Source of the DNA: Gemmatimonadaceae bacterium
GTDB lineage: Bacteria; Gemmatimonadota; Gemmatimonadetes; Gemmatimonadales; Gemmatimonadaceae
Assembly: GCA_045803545.1 (NCBI GenBank)
Contig: JBJMOW010000005.1
Span: forward strand, 352,001-416,000
Direction of reading: 5' to 3'
DNA: 64,000 nt
Under the pieces are notes generated by a model, which saw only the letters and a list, made by a program, of their open reading frames with translations, had not been told where the DNA came from and made no database searches. Positions 30,773 to 40,709 of this stretch are shown piece by piece. How positions within the stretch are numbered: the stretch's first letter is position 1; each line of letters begins with the position of its first letter. Position numbers and translations under genes: made by a program.

Positions 30773-31767
30773 CAGTTCGCAGTCCGAGTAGTCGGCGAAG
30801 CTAGCACGTCCCTCACCCGCGACATCTGCAGCGGCGCCTGCGCCTCCCCCCGGCAAGCGTAGTAGCACGCATTACAGTTTATTGGCTGGTACTTCCGAAA
30901 CTCCGTCCAATGAAAGTCCGGCGGAAAATCCGGGCAGCGCTTCACATTGCCGAGCGGATCGATGTGAATCGTCCGCATTCCCGAGCGGCATGGCTCCTTC
31001 ATCTCGCCGCGCACGTAGCGAGGAATCTGGGCCAGGTAGTAGTCGGAGTTAGTGATGACGCCGCGCGTTTTTTTCTTGAATGCGAGCAACTCGGCGACGA
31101 CTTCCTCGAGCTGCTTCGTCTGATCTGACTCGAGCAGGCCTTCCTTGTTGCCGTTCTTGGCGTCGGTGTAGCAGCTGAAGTTCACGCCGCAACCCAGCTC
31201 GCGCGCGCGCAGCACGATCGGCATCAGCTGGTCGAGATTGTCGCGCTTGATCACGGTGTTGACCCGAATGCCGGTGATGCCGATGGCGCGCATGCGTGGA
31301 ATTACGTTCTGGATGCGCTGGGCTAAGCCAGGTATGCCACGGGCGTGATCGTGGCGCTCGTCGAGAAAGTCGAGCGAGATGTTGAACTGATTGACTCCTG
31401 CCTGCCACAGCGATCGGGCGCGCTCCGGAGTCAGCATCCCGCCGTGAGTAATCAGCATGATGTACTTCAATCGCACCGCGCCCTTTACCGCGGCAACGAG
31501 ATCTTCAAGATCGCGACGCAGCGTCGGCTCGCCACCGGTGAAAGTGATCAGCGCTGGGTTGAAGTAGCGCGCGGCGTCGGCGAACGACTTGACCTCAGTC
31601 GCTTTGGCTGACGGATCGGTTTTCCAGTAGTCGCAAAAACCACAACGGGCGTTGCAGCGCATGGTGACTTCGAAATGCACCAGCACCGGTCGTCCAATGG
31701 TGGTGAGCCAGGCATACTTGCCGATGAATAGCGGGATGTGCCATGGCTTGAACTCGGCGGAAAGCAT
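30772..31767 (-). CDS. Radical SAM protein with SPASM/twitch-like C-terminal Cys cluster
   Basis: CNARCGFC, FTGGEP, C-terminal CRSG...IDPLGNVKRC...CNACYYAC. Confidence 0.92.
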   Translation of the reverse strand: MLSAEFKPWHIPLFIGKYAWLTTIGRPVLVHFEVTMRCNARCGFCDYWKTDPSAKATEVKSFADAARYFNPALITFTGGEPTLRRDLEDLVAAVKGAVRLKYIMLITHGGMLTPERARSLWQAGVNQFNISLDFLDERHDHARGIPGLAQRIQNVIPRMRAIGITGIRVNTVIKRDNLDQLMPIVLRARELGCGVNFSCYTDAKNGNKEGLLESDQTKQLEEVVAELLAFKKKTRGVITNSDYYLAQIPRYVRGEMKEPCRSGMRTIHIDPLGNVKRCPDFPPDFHWTEFRKYQPINCNACYYACRGEAQAPLQMSRVRDVLASPTTRTAN

Positions 31768-31769
31768 CT

Positions 31770-31813
31770 GCGGGAAGCGGGAAGCGGGAAGCGGGAGGCG
31801 GGAAGCGGGAAGC
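31770..31813. repeat. Heptamer array (GCGGGAA) x6 filling the hutU-radical SAM spacer
   Basis: gcgggaa x3, gcgggag, gcgggaa x2. Confidence 0.92.
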
Positions 31814-31816
31814 TAC

Positions 31817-33520
31817 TCAGTCGATCATTGGCAGATGCAGGTTATGCGCGCGAGCCGTCTCAACTGCTTCTTTGTAACCCGCGTCTGCGTGCCGGGCGAC
31901 GCCGATACCGGGGTCGTTGGTGAGAACGCGCTCGAGGCGGAGGCGCATCTCTGGAGTGCCATCAGCAACGATCACCTGGCCGGCGTGGAGCGAATTGCCG
32001 ATGCCAACGCCACCGCCATGGTGGAATGAGACCCACGACGCGCCGCTGGCGACGTTGAGCATCGCGTTGAGCAGCGGCCAGTCGGCGACGGCGTCGGTGC
32101 CATCGCGCATGCCTTCAGTCTCTCTGAACGGAGACGCGACGCTGCCGGTGTCGAGATGGTCGCGGCCGATCACGATCGGGGCGGAGATTTCACCCTTGGC
32201 GACGAGATCGTTGATCGCGACGCCGAACTTTGCGCGGTCGGATTGACCGAGCCAGCAGATTCTCGCAGGCAGTCCCTGAAATTTTATTTTCTTTTGCGCC
32301 AGCGAGATCCAGCGCTTGAGATGCTCGTCGTGCGGAAACAGCTCGAGCACCAGCGCATCGGTGCGCGCGATGTCTTTGGGATCTCCGGACAGCGCGACCC
32401 ATCGAAACGGTCCCTTGCCTTCGCAGAACAGCGGGCGGATGTACTCGGGAACGAACCCCGGAATGTCGAACGCGCTCTTGAGCCCGGCGTCAAACGCGAC
32501 AGTGCGGATGTTGTTTCCGTAGTCAAACGTGATTGCCCCACGCTTCTGCATCTCGAGCATCGCCGAAACGTGCCTGACCGCCGACTGAGTCGCGCGCTTC
32601 ACGTACTCCTGAGGATTTGCGTTGCGCATCTCCAAAGCTTCCGGGAACGACATTCCCGACGGTACGTAACCATTCAGCATGTCGTGCGCGCTCGTCTGGT
32701 CGGTCAGCACATCAGGGGTGACGCCACGCTTCACCAACTCGGGCAGGACCTCCGCCGCGTTGCCGAGCAATCCAACCGAGACAGCCTCACCGGCGGCTAC
32801 CGCGGTGTGGATCATCTCCAAAGCGTGATCGAGGTGCTCCGCACTGCGATCGAGGTAACGCGTTTGAAGCCGCTTGTCGATGCGCGACTGGTCGACTTCA
32901 ATCACCAGCGCTGCCGCGCCCTGCATCGTCGCTGCCAGCGGTTGCGCGCCGCCCATCCCACCGAGTCCCGCGGTGAGAACGAACCGGCCGCGAAGATCGC
33001 CGCCAAAGTGCTTGCGAGCGACGGAGCCAAGGGTTTCGTAGGTGCCCTGGACGATTCCCTGCGAGCCGATGTAGATCCACGATCCGGCGGTCATCTGACC
33101 GTACATCATCAAGCCCTTTCGCTCCAGCTCGCGAAAGTGATCCCAGGTTGCCCAGCGGCCGACGAGATTGCTGTTGGCGATTAGCACCCGTGGTGCGCTG
33201 GCATGGGTGCGAAAAACGCCGACCGGTTTGCCGCTCTGAATCAACAACGTCTCATCGGCGCCGAGGTTTCTCAGCTCGCGCACGATCGCATCGAAACAGT
33301 CCCAGTTGCGCGCCGCCTTCCCCGTTCCCCCATACACTACGAGGTCCTGGGGCCGCTCTGCGACGTCGGGATCGAGGTTGTTCATCAGCATTCGCAGTGC
33401 TGCTTCCTGCTGCCAACCTTTGCACGAGATGCTGGTTCCTCGAGGAGCGTGGATCGGACCACGCTCGCGCGCCGCCGCCTCGAAGGATTTCGGATCGTAT
33501 TGCACTCTGAGATCTGTCAT
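31817..33520 (-). CDS. hutU: Urocanate hydratase
   Basis: [43 protein letters not shown]. Confidence 0.98.
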   Translation of the reverse strand: MTDLRVQYDPKSFEAAARERGPIHAPRGTSISCKGWQQEAALRMLMNNLDPDVAERPQDLVVYGGTGKAARNWDCFDAIVRELRNLGADETLLIQSGKPVGVFRTHASAPRVLIANSNLVGRWATWDHFRELERKGLMMYGQMTAGSWIYIGSQGIVQGTYETLGSVARKHFGGDLRGRFVLTAGLGGMGGAQPLAATMQGAAALVIEVDQSRIDKRLQTRYLDRSAEHLDHALEMIHTAVAAGEAVSVGLLGNAAEVLPELVKRGVTPDVLTDQTSAHDMLNGYVPSGMSFPEALEMRNANPQEYVKRATQSAVRHVSAMLEMQKRGAITFDYGNNIRTVAFDAGLKSAFDIPGFVPEYIRPLFCEGKGPFRWVALSGDPKDIARTDALVLELFPHDEHLKRWISLAQKKIKFQGLPARICWLGQSDRAKFGVAINDLVAKGEISAPIVIGRDHLDTGSVASPFRETEGMRDGTDAVADWPLLNAMLNVASGASWVSFHHGGGVGIGNSLHAGQVIVADGTPEMRLRLERVLTNDPGIGVARHADAGYKEAVETARAHNLHLPMID

Positions 33521-35037
33521 GTCACAGTCCCAATGTCAGCGAACTTCTGTTCGGCCACCGCCGAACAGATTGCGGCGATGTCGGTGCTGAGCACGCGATC
33601 GCGCTCGAGACGGGGCACAATATCACGCACCCGCTCGTGCGCAGTTCTCACACCACGCCCCGGTCGCAGCGGTGCTCTGAAGTCTATACCCTGTGCGCCG
33701 CACATGAGCTCGATGGCGAGAATGTTCTCCAGATTACGTATCACCCGCCGCGCTTTCCATGCCGCACCCATCGCCATCGGCACCACATCTTCGCGATTGC
33801 CGTCGGTGGGAATCGAATCGACGCTCGCCGGATGTGACAGCACCTTGCATTCGCTCGCCAGTGCAGCTGCCGTTACCTGCGCCATCATGAAACCGGAGTT
33901 CACACCGGCGTTAGGCGTCAGAAACGGCGGCAGTCCCTGATTCAGATCCGGGTTAACCAGGCGATCGATACGACGCTCGGACATCGTCGCCAGGTGCGTC
34001 ATGATGATGGCAAGAAAATCGAGCGCCATCGCGACGGTGAGCCCATGAAAGTTGCCACCGCTCAGTGTCTCACCGTTTTCGAACACGAGGGGATTGTCCG
34101 TCGCTGCGTTGATCTCGCGCGAGACTGCTTCGTCGATCCAGTCGAGCGCGTCCAGCACGGGACCGTGCACCTGTGGCATGCAGCGTAGCGCATACGGGTC
34201 CTGAACCCGCGGATCACCATGGCGGTGCGATTCCCGAACCTCGCTGTCCGCCAGCAGATCGCGGAGCAGCGCTGCCGACCGTATCTGGCCGCGCTGTCCA
34301 CGCGCATCGTGGATCCGCTCGTCGAACGCGACGGGAGTTCCAAGCAGCGCTTCGAGCGACATCGCGCCAGCGACGTGCGCGGTTCTCCAGAGCGCGCGGG
34401 CGTGGACGAGCGCAATCAACGCAATTGCCGTGTGAGCCTGGGTGCCGTTGATCAGCGTGATGCCTTCCTTCGGCGCCAGCGTCACCGGGTTGGCGCCGAT
34501 CTCACGCAGCATCGCTGTCGCATCCGCTTCTCGATCGCCCTTGAGCAGCGTTCCCTCGCCGATCAGCGCCAGCCCCAGATGCGCGAGGGGCGCCAGATCG
34601 CCGCTGGCGCCCACGCTTCCCTGCTCCGGAATCGGCGGATACACGTCGGAGTTGAGTAAATGAAGCAGCAGATCGACGAGCTCGGGACGTGCGCCGGAGT
34701 ATCCCTTGGCGATCACGTTGGCGCGCAGCAGCATCATCGCCCGCACTTCAGCCTCAGGCAGCCGATCGCCGACGCCCGACGCATGGCTGCGCACCAAATT
34801 CACCTGCAGCTCGGCGAGCTTGTCGGGGGGAATGGCGACCTCGGACAGCTTTCCGAAACCGGTGGTAACGCCGTAGACGATCTCGTTGCGCTTGACGATG
34901 TTGTCGACGACCGCTCGCGTGCGCAGCATCCGCTCGCGCGCAGCCGGCGCCAGGCCCACGCGCACTCGCTCGACCGCGACCGCGTATGCTTCTTCGACCG
35001 AGAGTGTGTCGCCGTCGATCAGAACTTGTTCGGTCAT
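33517..35037 (-). CDS. hutH: Histidine ammonia-lyase
   Basis: [11 protein letters not shown] motif [27 protein letters not shown]. Confidence 0.96.
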   Translation of the reverse strand: MTEQVLIDGDTLSVEEAYAVAVERVRVGLAPAARERMLRTRAVVDNIVKRNEIVYGVTTGFGKLSEVAIPPDKLAELQVNLVRSHASGVGDRLPEAEVRAMMLLRANVIAKGYSGARPELVDLLLHLLNSDVYPPIPEQGSVGASGDLAPLAHLGLALIGEGTLLKGDREADATAMLREIGANPVTLAPKEGITLINGTQAHTAIALIALVHARALWRTAHVAGAMSLEALLGTPVAFDERIHDARGQRGQIRSAALLRDLLADSEVRESHRHGDPRVQDPYALRCMPQVHGPVLDALDWIDEAVSREINAATDNPLVFENGETLSGGNFHGLTVAMALDFLAIIMTHLATMSERRIDRLVNPDLNQGLPPFLTPNAGVNSGFMMAQVTAAALASECKVLSHPASVDSIPTDGNREDVVPMAMGAAWKARRVIRNLENILAIELMCGAQGIDFRAPLRPGRGVRTAHERVRDIVPRLERDRVLSTDIAAICSAVAEQKFADIGTVT

Positions 35038-36068
35038 GCGCGGCGAGCCGGAGGCGGGAGTGGGGACCCGGGAGGGGGGAGGCGGGAGGCGTTGCGAACA
35101 AGCCTTCGACCATCAGGATTCCAGCGCCACTCCGCCGGCGGGACAATCTCGACGCCTCCGAGCCAGCGCGATTCGGTGTTGATGCTCTGCCAATCTTTTT
35201 TGCCGGCGAGCACGTCGCGACCAAGCGAAGTGAGCGTGAGCTCTCCCTTCACGAAGTCGCGCGATTCGGCAGGTGTGGGAGCAGTCACCGGTGTCCCATC
35301 GCGCCAGGTTACGAGCGGATTGTCTCTTCCACTCAGTCGTTCGAGATAGGAGAAGAAGACGAGGTCGCCGAGGAAAATGCTTTCCTGTTTCTTCGCCACT
35401 TCCAGGAACGCCGCGACAGGAGTGTTATGTCCCTCGCTGATTGCGGTGAGAGCTTCTTGCTCGGAGCGCGAAAGTCCATTCACCGTTGACGGAAATTCCT
35501 CGAGATGTCGCATCAAAGCGCGCGAGAGATAAGGCAATGCCGACGTAGGTTCCTGCAGTAGTCGTTCGATGCGCGTCGGATCGGTCGAGCCAAAATCGCT
35601 CCACGCGCGCTTGGCGAGTGCGAGCTGTTCGGAAGTGACGGCCGGCCGCGCTTCATCGAGCTGCCGCAGCTCCTCCGCTGTCAGCGGTGGAATGTAGCCA
35701 TCGACGACGATGAGTGAGAGTCGCTTCGACCCCGCTGTCCCGGTACTGAAAAAGTCGAGCAGCTGGATCAGCTGCAGCTGATCGTAGAGGTCGTCCTCGA
35801 ACCAGAGAACCACTTCCTCGAAATAATCGAGGTGCTGGATCATCCGATCGCGCTCGACGAAATCGCCGCTGACGTGTGAGAACTCGGCCCAATTGTTACC
35901 GGCGATGAAGCGCGCCCGCTGCTTGCTCAGCTCCTCGAGCGGAAGCGACGAGTCGACCGGACCTTCGTGCAGCACATCCCGCCACGCAATGATCTTCCCC
36001 TCTATGCCAGCGTCGCTGAGGCTGCCGGCGGCAGAATCGCCGTTGGTGATGTTGAGCCGACGAGTCAA
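35034..36068 (-). CDS. DUF1835-like protein
   Basis: LNITNGDSA, WRDVLHEGPV, LWFEDDLYDQLQL, RWLGGV. Confidence 0.75.
   Translation of the reverse strand: MTRRLNITNGDSAAGSLSDAGIEGKIIAWRDVLHEGPVDSSLPLEELSKQRARFIAGNNWAEFSHVSGDFVERDRMIQHLDYFEEVVLWFEDDLYDQLQLIQLLDFFSTGTAGSKRLSLIVVDGYIPPLTAEELRQLDEARPAVTSEQLALAKRAWSDFGSTDPTRIERLLQEPTSALPYLSRALMRHLEEFPSTVNGLSRSEQEALTAISEGHNTPVAAFLEVAKKQESIFLGDLVFFSYLERLSGRDNPLVTWRDGTPVTAPTPAESRDFVKGELTLTSLGRDVLAGKKDWQSINTESRWLGGVEIVPPAEWRWNPDGRRLVRNASRLPPPGSPLPPPARRA
35050..35091. repeat. Degenerate heptamer array (GGAGGCG) x6 in the DUF1835 gene tail
   Basis: ggaggcg ggagtgg ggacccg ggagggg ggaggcg ggaggcg; reads SRLPPPGSPLPPP. Confidence 0.7.
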
Positions 36069-36071
36069 ACG

Positions 36072-39000
36072 TCAGGGAGTCAGCGGACGGTAAGTGGCTC
36101 GGTCATAGTTGAATTTTAGATCGGGCTCCGCATTGAGGGCAATGAAGAAATTGAACGCGAAGTTCCCGTTCGGCGCCTGGGTAAATCCGAAGATCGCGCG
36201 CCAGTCGTGCAGTTGGCGCTGCAGGGTGACGGTGTGAGCGCCGAATTTCTTGGACTCAAAGTCGTAGTTGGTGCCCCAGGTGCCGGCCCAGTTCTGTGTC
36301 AGGTGGAAATTGAAAGACGAGTTGATGTTCTGGGTTGTCGGTGTCCGCACGAACGGCGCACCTCCCAGGCTGGTCCCCTGGCTGGCGGTGGCATTCTGTG
36401 CCTGCGTCAGGGCCTGCTGCAGACACTGGGTGTAAACGATCGGATTCGCCTGCACCGGTGCACACTGCGCCTCGAAAGAGTTTTGATCGATGATGACGCC
36501 GTTCCCGGTGGGGGGACGCTGCCTATTGAAGTTGTAGTTGAGGCTCAAGCTCCAACCCCGGTCGGCAGGAAGCGAGAACTGCTGTTGGCGCGACGTGATA
36601 CCCGCTATCGGTGTGCTCGCGACCCGGTTGGCAAGCGCGTCCTGGCCGGTTACTTCGGTCGTCTCGATACCCGGATGCGTCGGCGGGACCGCGCGGCCAA
36701 AGAGTCGGGTTATAACGCCGAAGATTCCTGACTGCGCGTTGAGCGATAACGACGAGCTGATGCCGGTCAGATACGGCTTGAAGCGCGCGGTATCGCTGAG
36801 AACTTCGCCCTGGTACAGCGACCAGTGCACGTTCCCCGTAAAACCGGGGAGCAGCTCGGACGTCAGGTTGGTATTGAAGTCCGACGTGCTGAATCCAGAA
36901 CGATGTGTCTTGCGCGCGCGCTCGAAATCGTAGGCCACCGAAGAGAAATCCATCGATAATACTTTGATCTTCTTGGGCTCCGCGACGCTGCTGGTGTCGT
37001 CGCTTCTCACTTTCGCCTCGAGCACGTGAGAGAGACCGAGAGTGATCTTGTTCTCTGCCAGCGACCCGAGAAACTCCTGACGACTGCGATTTGTGGCCTG
37101 CAGGAATTCGTCGCTCAAATGGGCGGTGGGCGAATACGTGTACTGGATCACCGGCGTGATTGAATGCCTGAAGCGACTCACCGGGCCGAAGCCCGGGAAA
37201 AGCGCAAACAGCGTCGGAGAGGCGCTGAGGTTGAAGCTCGGTCGCTTCGACTGATGAACGAACTGTCCATTGCTGAACAGCGATCTCACCCAGAAGCCGT
37301 GACTGCCGTCGACGTTGCTGAATCCAATCGAAGGATTGAGGTTGAGCGATCCGTGAAGCAGCCCGGGCAGCCCGAAAGAGGTCTGCCAATCGACGTTGGT
37401 GTCGAAGGATTTCGCGAACACCCTGCTGGTGCGGATCGAAGAGTCGGCCGGATTGCGGATGACCCACGTTTGCGGCGTGTTCACTTCATTGTCCGTCATC
37501 GAAAAGCTGTTCTGCCAGTTGAACCCGCCGATTCGAATCGGAGTCGAGAAACTCGAGCTGGTGTGTCTCTCGTCGTGTCTGTTCGCGACGGAATCCTGCA
37601 CGCCCCGTGAATTCAGGAAGTACCGATAAGGGAACTCGCTTCCCTGATCCATGTTGAGCGATTGGTTGGTGACGAAACTGAAATTCGGGGTCCAGTCCAG
37701 CCAGCTTGCCAGCGCAATCACCGGCGAGGAGATGCTCAGTTTCGGAAACTCGCGGTCGACTTCTTTCCGGCCGGAGTGCTGCGAATTGCTGAAGCCAAGT
37801 CCGAGGGCTGCGGGTCCGATCTTTGTGTCATAGCTGGCTGTCGAGCGGATCGTGGCCAGCACCTGCGCCACATTGAATGTGGTCTGTCGCTGCAGCGCGG
37901 TGTTGGTCTCGTAATTGATGTCCGCGTGCAGATGGGTGTCCTGCGACAAATCCTGGTTATGATACCAGCTCACGGCAGTGTTCGACGAGCCATCGCGCTG
38001 CGCATGGTAATACGCTCCGATGCGACCACTCATGAACCGGTCGAGCCAACGGTACTGCAGCTCGCCATTGTAGCGCATATAGCCCGGATCGCCTTGGGAC
38101 GGGCGACTTCCACTGCGCCAGTCGAGCGCGACCTGTGCATCCATATAGTCGCTGATCGCGAAGTAGTAGCCGAGGTTATCGATGTGCCGCCGGTACGTCG
38201 GGCTGTTGCGGAATATTTCACTCAGTCCGAAACGCGGCGCGAGCACCCCACTACGTCGTCCGGATCGCAGATCCTGGAAGATGAACGGCAGCCACATGAC
38301 GGGAACGTCGCCGATATAGAGCACTGCCGGACGCGCGACCATAATGTTCTTGGAAACCATCTTGATCTCGTTGGCGCGGAAGTGATAATCGGGGATCGAG
38401 TCGTCGCAGCTGGTAATCGTCCCGTTGCGAACGTAGAAGGCCGTCTCTTTCCCGCGCGACGTGTCGCTCACAAAAGCAGCCGTGCGACCGTTCACGAACC
38501 AGTTCTCTCCGGTCTGGGCGATCTGGGTCTGGATGTTGGTGACAACGCCGCGGTGCAGCTCGACGTTGTACGCCATCTCACCCCTCGCGATGACGTCCGC
38601 CGCCTGCTGCTGTGGATCGCGCAGGATCACGGTGTCACCACGCGCGACGATGATCTTGGTCGAGTCGCTGTAGATGATGCTGTCGCCGACGAGGATCGTC
38701 TGCTCGCGATTGACGCCTGCCGGCTTGCCTTTCAGCGTAAGCGTCTTCGTCTGCACGTTGAACACCGCCTGCGCACCCTGATATCGCGTCGGGGTGTAGC
38801 CTTCCCGGTGCAGCAATGCCTGCATCACCGAGTCGGTATCAGTCCACTTGATCAGATCGCGCTGAGTCGAATCACGCCTGGTCGTGTCGCGCCGGGTGGT
38901 ATCAGGCCGAACTGTCTGCCCGGGTCGCGCACCGCCGACTTGCGCCGAGCTGACATGCGGCGCGAGGGCCAGACCCGAAGCGAGGAGCAACATCATCAGC

Positions 39001-39839
39001 CGCCGCAGGCCAGGTGCTGGAACGGGTTCCGCTGCGCCAAGCTCGGCGGCCCGCGCTTCCGCCTGCTCGCGCAGATCCGCTTCCTCACGCCTGCGTTCGC
39101 GCTTCTCACGCTGCCGAACGACAAAGAACGCGACCGCAACGCTCAGCTCGTACAGGAAATACAGCGGAACCGCTAGTGCGAACAACGAATACGGGTCCGC
39201 GCCCGGCGTGATGAACGCAGCCGCCGTCAGACAAATGACGATGGCGTGCCTTCTGTATTTCGAAAGGAACTTCGGGCTTACTAACCCGAGCGCAGTCAGC
39301 GCCAGAATCGCGATCGGCACTTCGAACACCGCACCGAAGGCGAGGCACATGCTGATTGCAAAGTCGAAATAGTCGGTCGCCGAGATCATCGGAGTCAAAG
39401 CAGTTGACTCGATGCCCATCAGGAACTTCAGCGTCAGCGGCAGCACCACGAAGTAGCTGAGCGCGATCCCGAGCAGGAACAGCACGACGATCGAGACCAG
39501 CACCGGCACGATGACTTTCTTTTCGTGCGCGTAGAGCGCGGGTGCCAGGAATCCCCAGAACTGACCGGCGACAACTGGTGATGCCAGAATGATCCCCAGC
39601 ACCAGCGATGCATTCAACAAAATGTGGAATGAGGTGCCGGGGTGCGTGTAAATCAGCTTTTGCCCGTGCAGCAACGGCAGAATCGGACGCTCGAGCACAC
39701 GGATGATGTCGAGCTTCGATAGTAGAATGAACGCGACGACTACGCCGAGGACAACGGCGGCCGCAATCCAGAATAGGCGGTGGCGCAGCTCCTCGAGATG
39801 GTCGAGGAACGGCATCTCATGGCTTGGAGCTTCACTCAT
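36072..39839 (-). CDS. TatC fused in-frame to an LptD-type outer-membrane assembly protein
   Basis: TatC motifs MPFLDHLEELR, WGFLAPALY..E, FGAVFEVP, AAFITPGADP; then signal-like segment; then LptD-like TITSCD..PDYHF, ARPAVLYIGDVPVMWLPF, RRSGVLAP, RQLHDW. Confidence 0.85.
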   Translation of the reverse strand: MSEAPSHEMPFLDHLEELRHRLFWIAAAVVLGVVVAFILLSKLDIIRVLERPILPLLHGQKLIYTHPGTSFHILLNASLVLGIILASPVVAGQFWGFLAPALYAHEKKVIVPVLVSIVVLFLLGIALSYFVVLPLTLKFLMGIESTALTPMISATDYFDFAISMCLAFGAVFEVPIAILALTALGLVSPKFLSKYRRHAIVICLTAAAFITPGADPYSLFALAVPLYFLYELSVAVAFFVVRQREKRERRREEADLREQAEARAAELGAAEPVPAPGLRRLMMLLLASGLALAPHVSSAQVGGARPGQTVRPDTTRRDTTRRDSTQRDLIKWTDTDSVMQALLHREGYTPTRYQGAQAVFNVQTKTLTLKGKPAGVNREQTILVGDSIIYSDSTKIIVARGDTVILRDPQQQAADVIARGEMAYNVELHRGVVTNIQTQIAQTGENWFVNGRTAAFVSDTSRGKETAFYVRNGTITSCDDSIPDYHFRANEIKMVSKNIMVARPAVLYIGDVPVMWLPFIFQDLRSGRRSGVLAPRFGLSEIFRNSPTYRRHIDNLGYYFAISDYMDAQVALDWRSGSRPSQGDPGYMRYNGELQYRWLDRFMSGRIGAYYHAQRDGSSNTAVSWYHNQDLSQDTHLHADINYETNTALQRQTTFNVAQVLATIRSTASYDTKIGPAALGLGFSNSQHSGRKEVDREFPKLSISSPVIALASWLDWTPNFSFVTNQSLNMDQGSEFPYRYFLNSRGVQDSVANRHDERHTSSSFSTPIRIGGFNWQNSFSMTDNEVNTPQTWVIRNPADSSIRTSRVFAKSFDTNVDWQTSFGLPGLLHGSLNLNPSIGFSNVDGSHGFWVRSLFSNGQFVHQSKRPSFNLSASPTLFALFPGFGPVSRFRHSITPVIQYTYSPTAHLSDEFLQATNRSRQEFLGSLAENKITLGLSHVLEAKVRSDDTSSVAEPKKIKVLSMDFSSVAYDFERARKTHRSGFSTSDFNTNLTSELLPGFTGNVHWSLYQGEVLSDTARFKPYLTGISSSLSLNAQSGIFGVITRLFGRAVPPTHPGIETTEVTGQDALANRVASTPIAGITSRQQQFSLPADRGWSLSLNYNFNRQRPPTGNGVIIDQNSFEAQCAPVQANPIVYTQCLQQALTQAQNATASQGTSLGGAPFVRTPTTQNINSSFNFHLTQNWAGTWGTNYDFESKKFGAHTVTLQRQLHDWRAIFGFTQAPNGNFAFNFFIALNAEPDLKFNYDRATYRPLTP

Positions 39840-39845
39840 CGCCAC

Positions 39846-39876
39846 CGCCTCCCGCCTCCCACTTCCCGCTTCCCGC
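39846..39876. repeat. Heptamer array x4 between cpoB and tatC
   Basis: cgcctcc cgcctcc cacttcc cgcttcc; gives GGAGG 8 nt before ATG 39839 on minus strand. Confidence 0.85.
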
Positions 39877-40709
39877 TATTTAATCGACTGTAAACGCTCA
39901 TCGGCGAGGGCTGCCTCGTCGGAGCGTGGATAACGCTTGATGATGTCCTGGAATATCCGCTTCGCTTCAGCGGTTTTCTTTTGCGCCTGCAGAGACAGCG
40001 CGCGTTTGTACATCGCGGTCGGCACGCGCGGTGAGTTGGGATACTTCTGGATCAACGATGCGTATTCCGCGTCGGCTGCATCGCTGTTTCGCTCAGCTGC
40101 ATACGCCTGCGCCGTATAAAACATCGCGTCGGGCACCAAGTCGGACCTGGGGTATTTCTGAATCAGCTCGGCGAACGCTGCGCGCGCGGACGTGTTGCCA
40201 CCCTTGAGCAGCTGATCGCGGCCCGCCTGTAAGAGTTGCGCGGGACCCGGTCCCCCGGCAGTCGGCTCCGCGGCACTGACTGGAGAAGTGTCTGCGCTCG
40301 TTGGCGCCGGCTGCGTGGTTTTATCCTCGATCTGAGCGCGCATGTCGCGAAGGCGCTGCTCGCTCTGACCACTGAGATCCTGCAGCTGCTGGATGTCTTC
40401 CTTCATTGCGGCCAGGTCAGACTCGCTCGCCGTCTTCATGGCATTGACGCGCCTGCTCAGCGCATTGACCGAATCGGTCAGTGTACGCATGCTGCGCGTA
40501 ACTTCGATCAGATACGCGCGCTGCACGGAATCGGCGGCGGTGGTGCTGGCGCGGGTGCCAACGAGGTCCTGCTGTAACTGGCTGACGTCGGACTTCGTGG
40601 CAAAAAAGCACGCAGCGTTCAGGAGAGGAACACCGAGAACGACCACCCTGCATTTGAAAACCTTCGTCGGGTGGGAAAAGATCCCACTGCGCAAGAATTG
40701 TCTGGTCAT
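39876..40709 (-). CDS. cpoB: Tol-Pal-associated CpoB/YbgF-like protein
   Basis: Coiled-coil N-terminus, TPRs with YP.S motifs; directly follows tolB; possible lipobox LNAA-C. Confidence 0.82.
   Translation of the reverse strand: MTRQFLRSGIFSHPTKVFKCRVVVLGVPLLNAACFFATKSDVSQLQQDLVGTRASTTAADSVQRAYLIEVTRSMRTLTDSVNALSRRVNAMKTASESDLAAMKEDIQQLQDLSGQSEQRLRDMRAQIEDKTTQPAPTSADTSPVSAAEPTAGGPGPAQLLQAGRDQLLKGGNTSARAAFAELIQKYPRSDLVPDAMFYTAQAYAAERNSDAADAEYASLIQKYPNSPRVPTAMYKRALSLQAQKKTAEAKRIFQDIIKRYPRSDEAALADERLQSIK

Noticed and set aside
30189..31813. CRISPR array or diversity-generating retroelement
   Set aside because: Repeats are contiguous 7-mers without spacers; no cas genes, reverse transcriptase or template/variable repeat pair seen.
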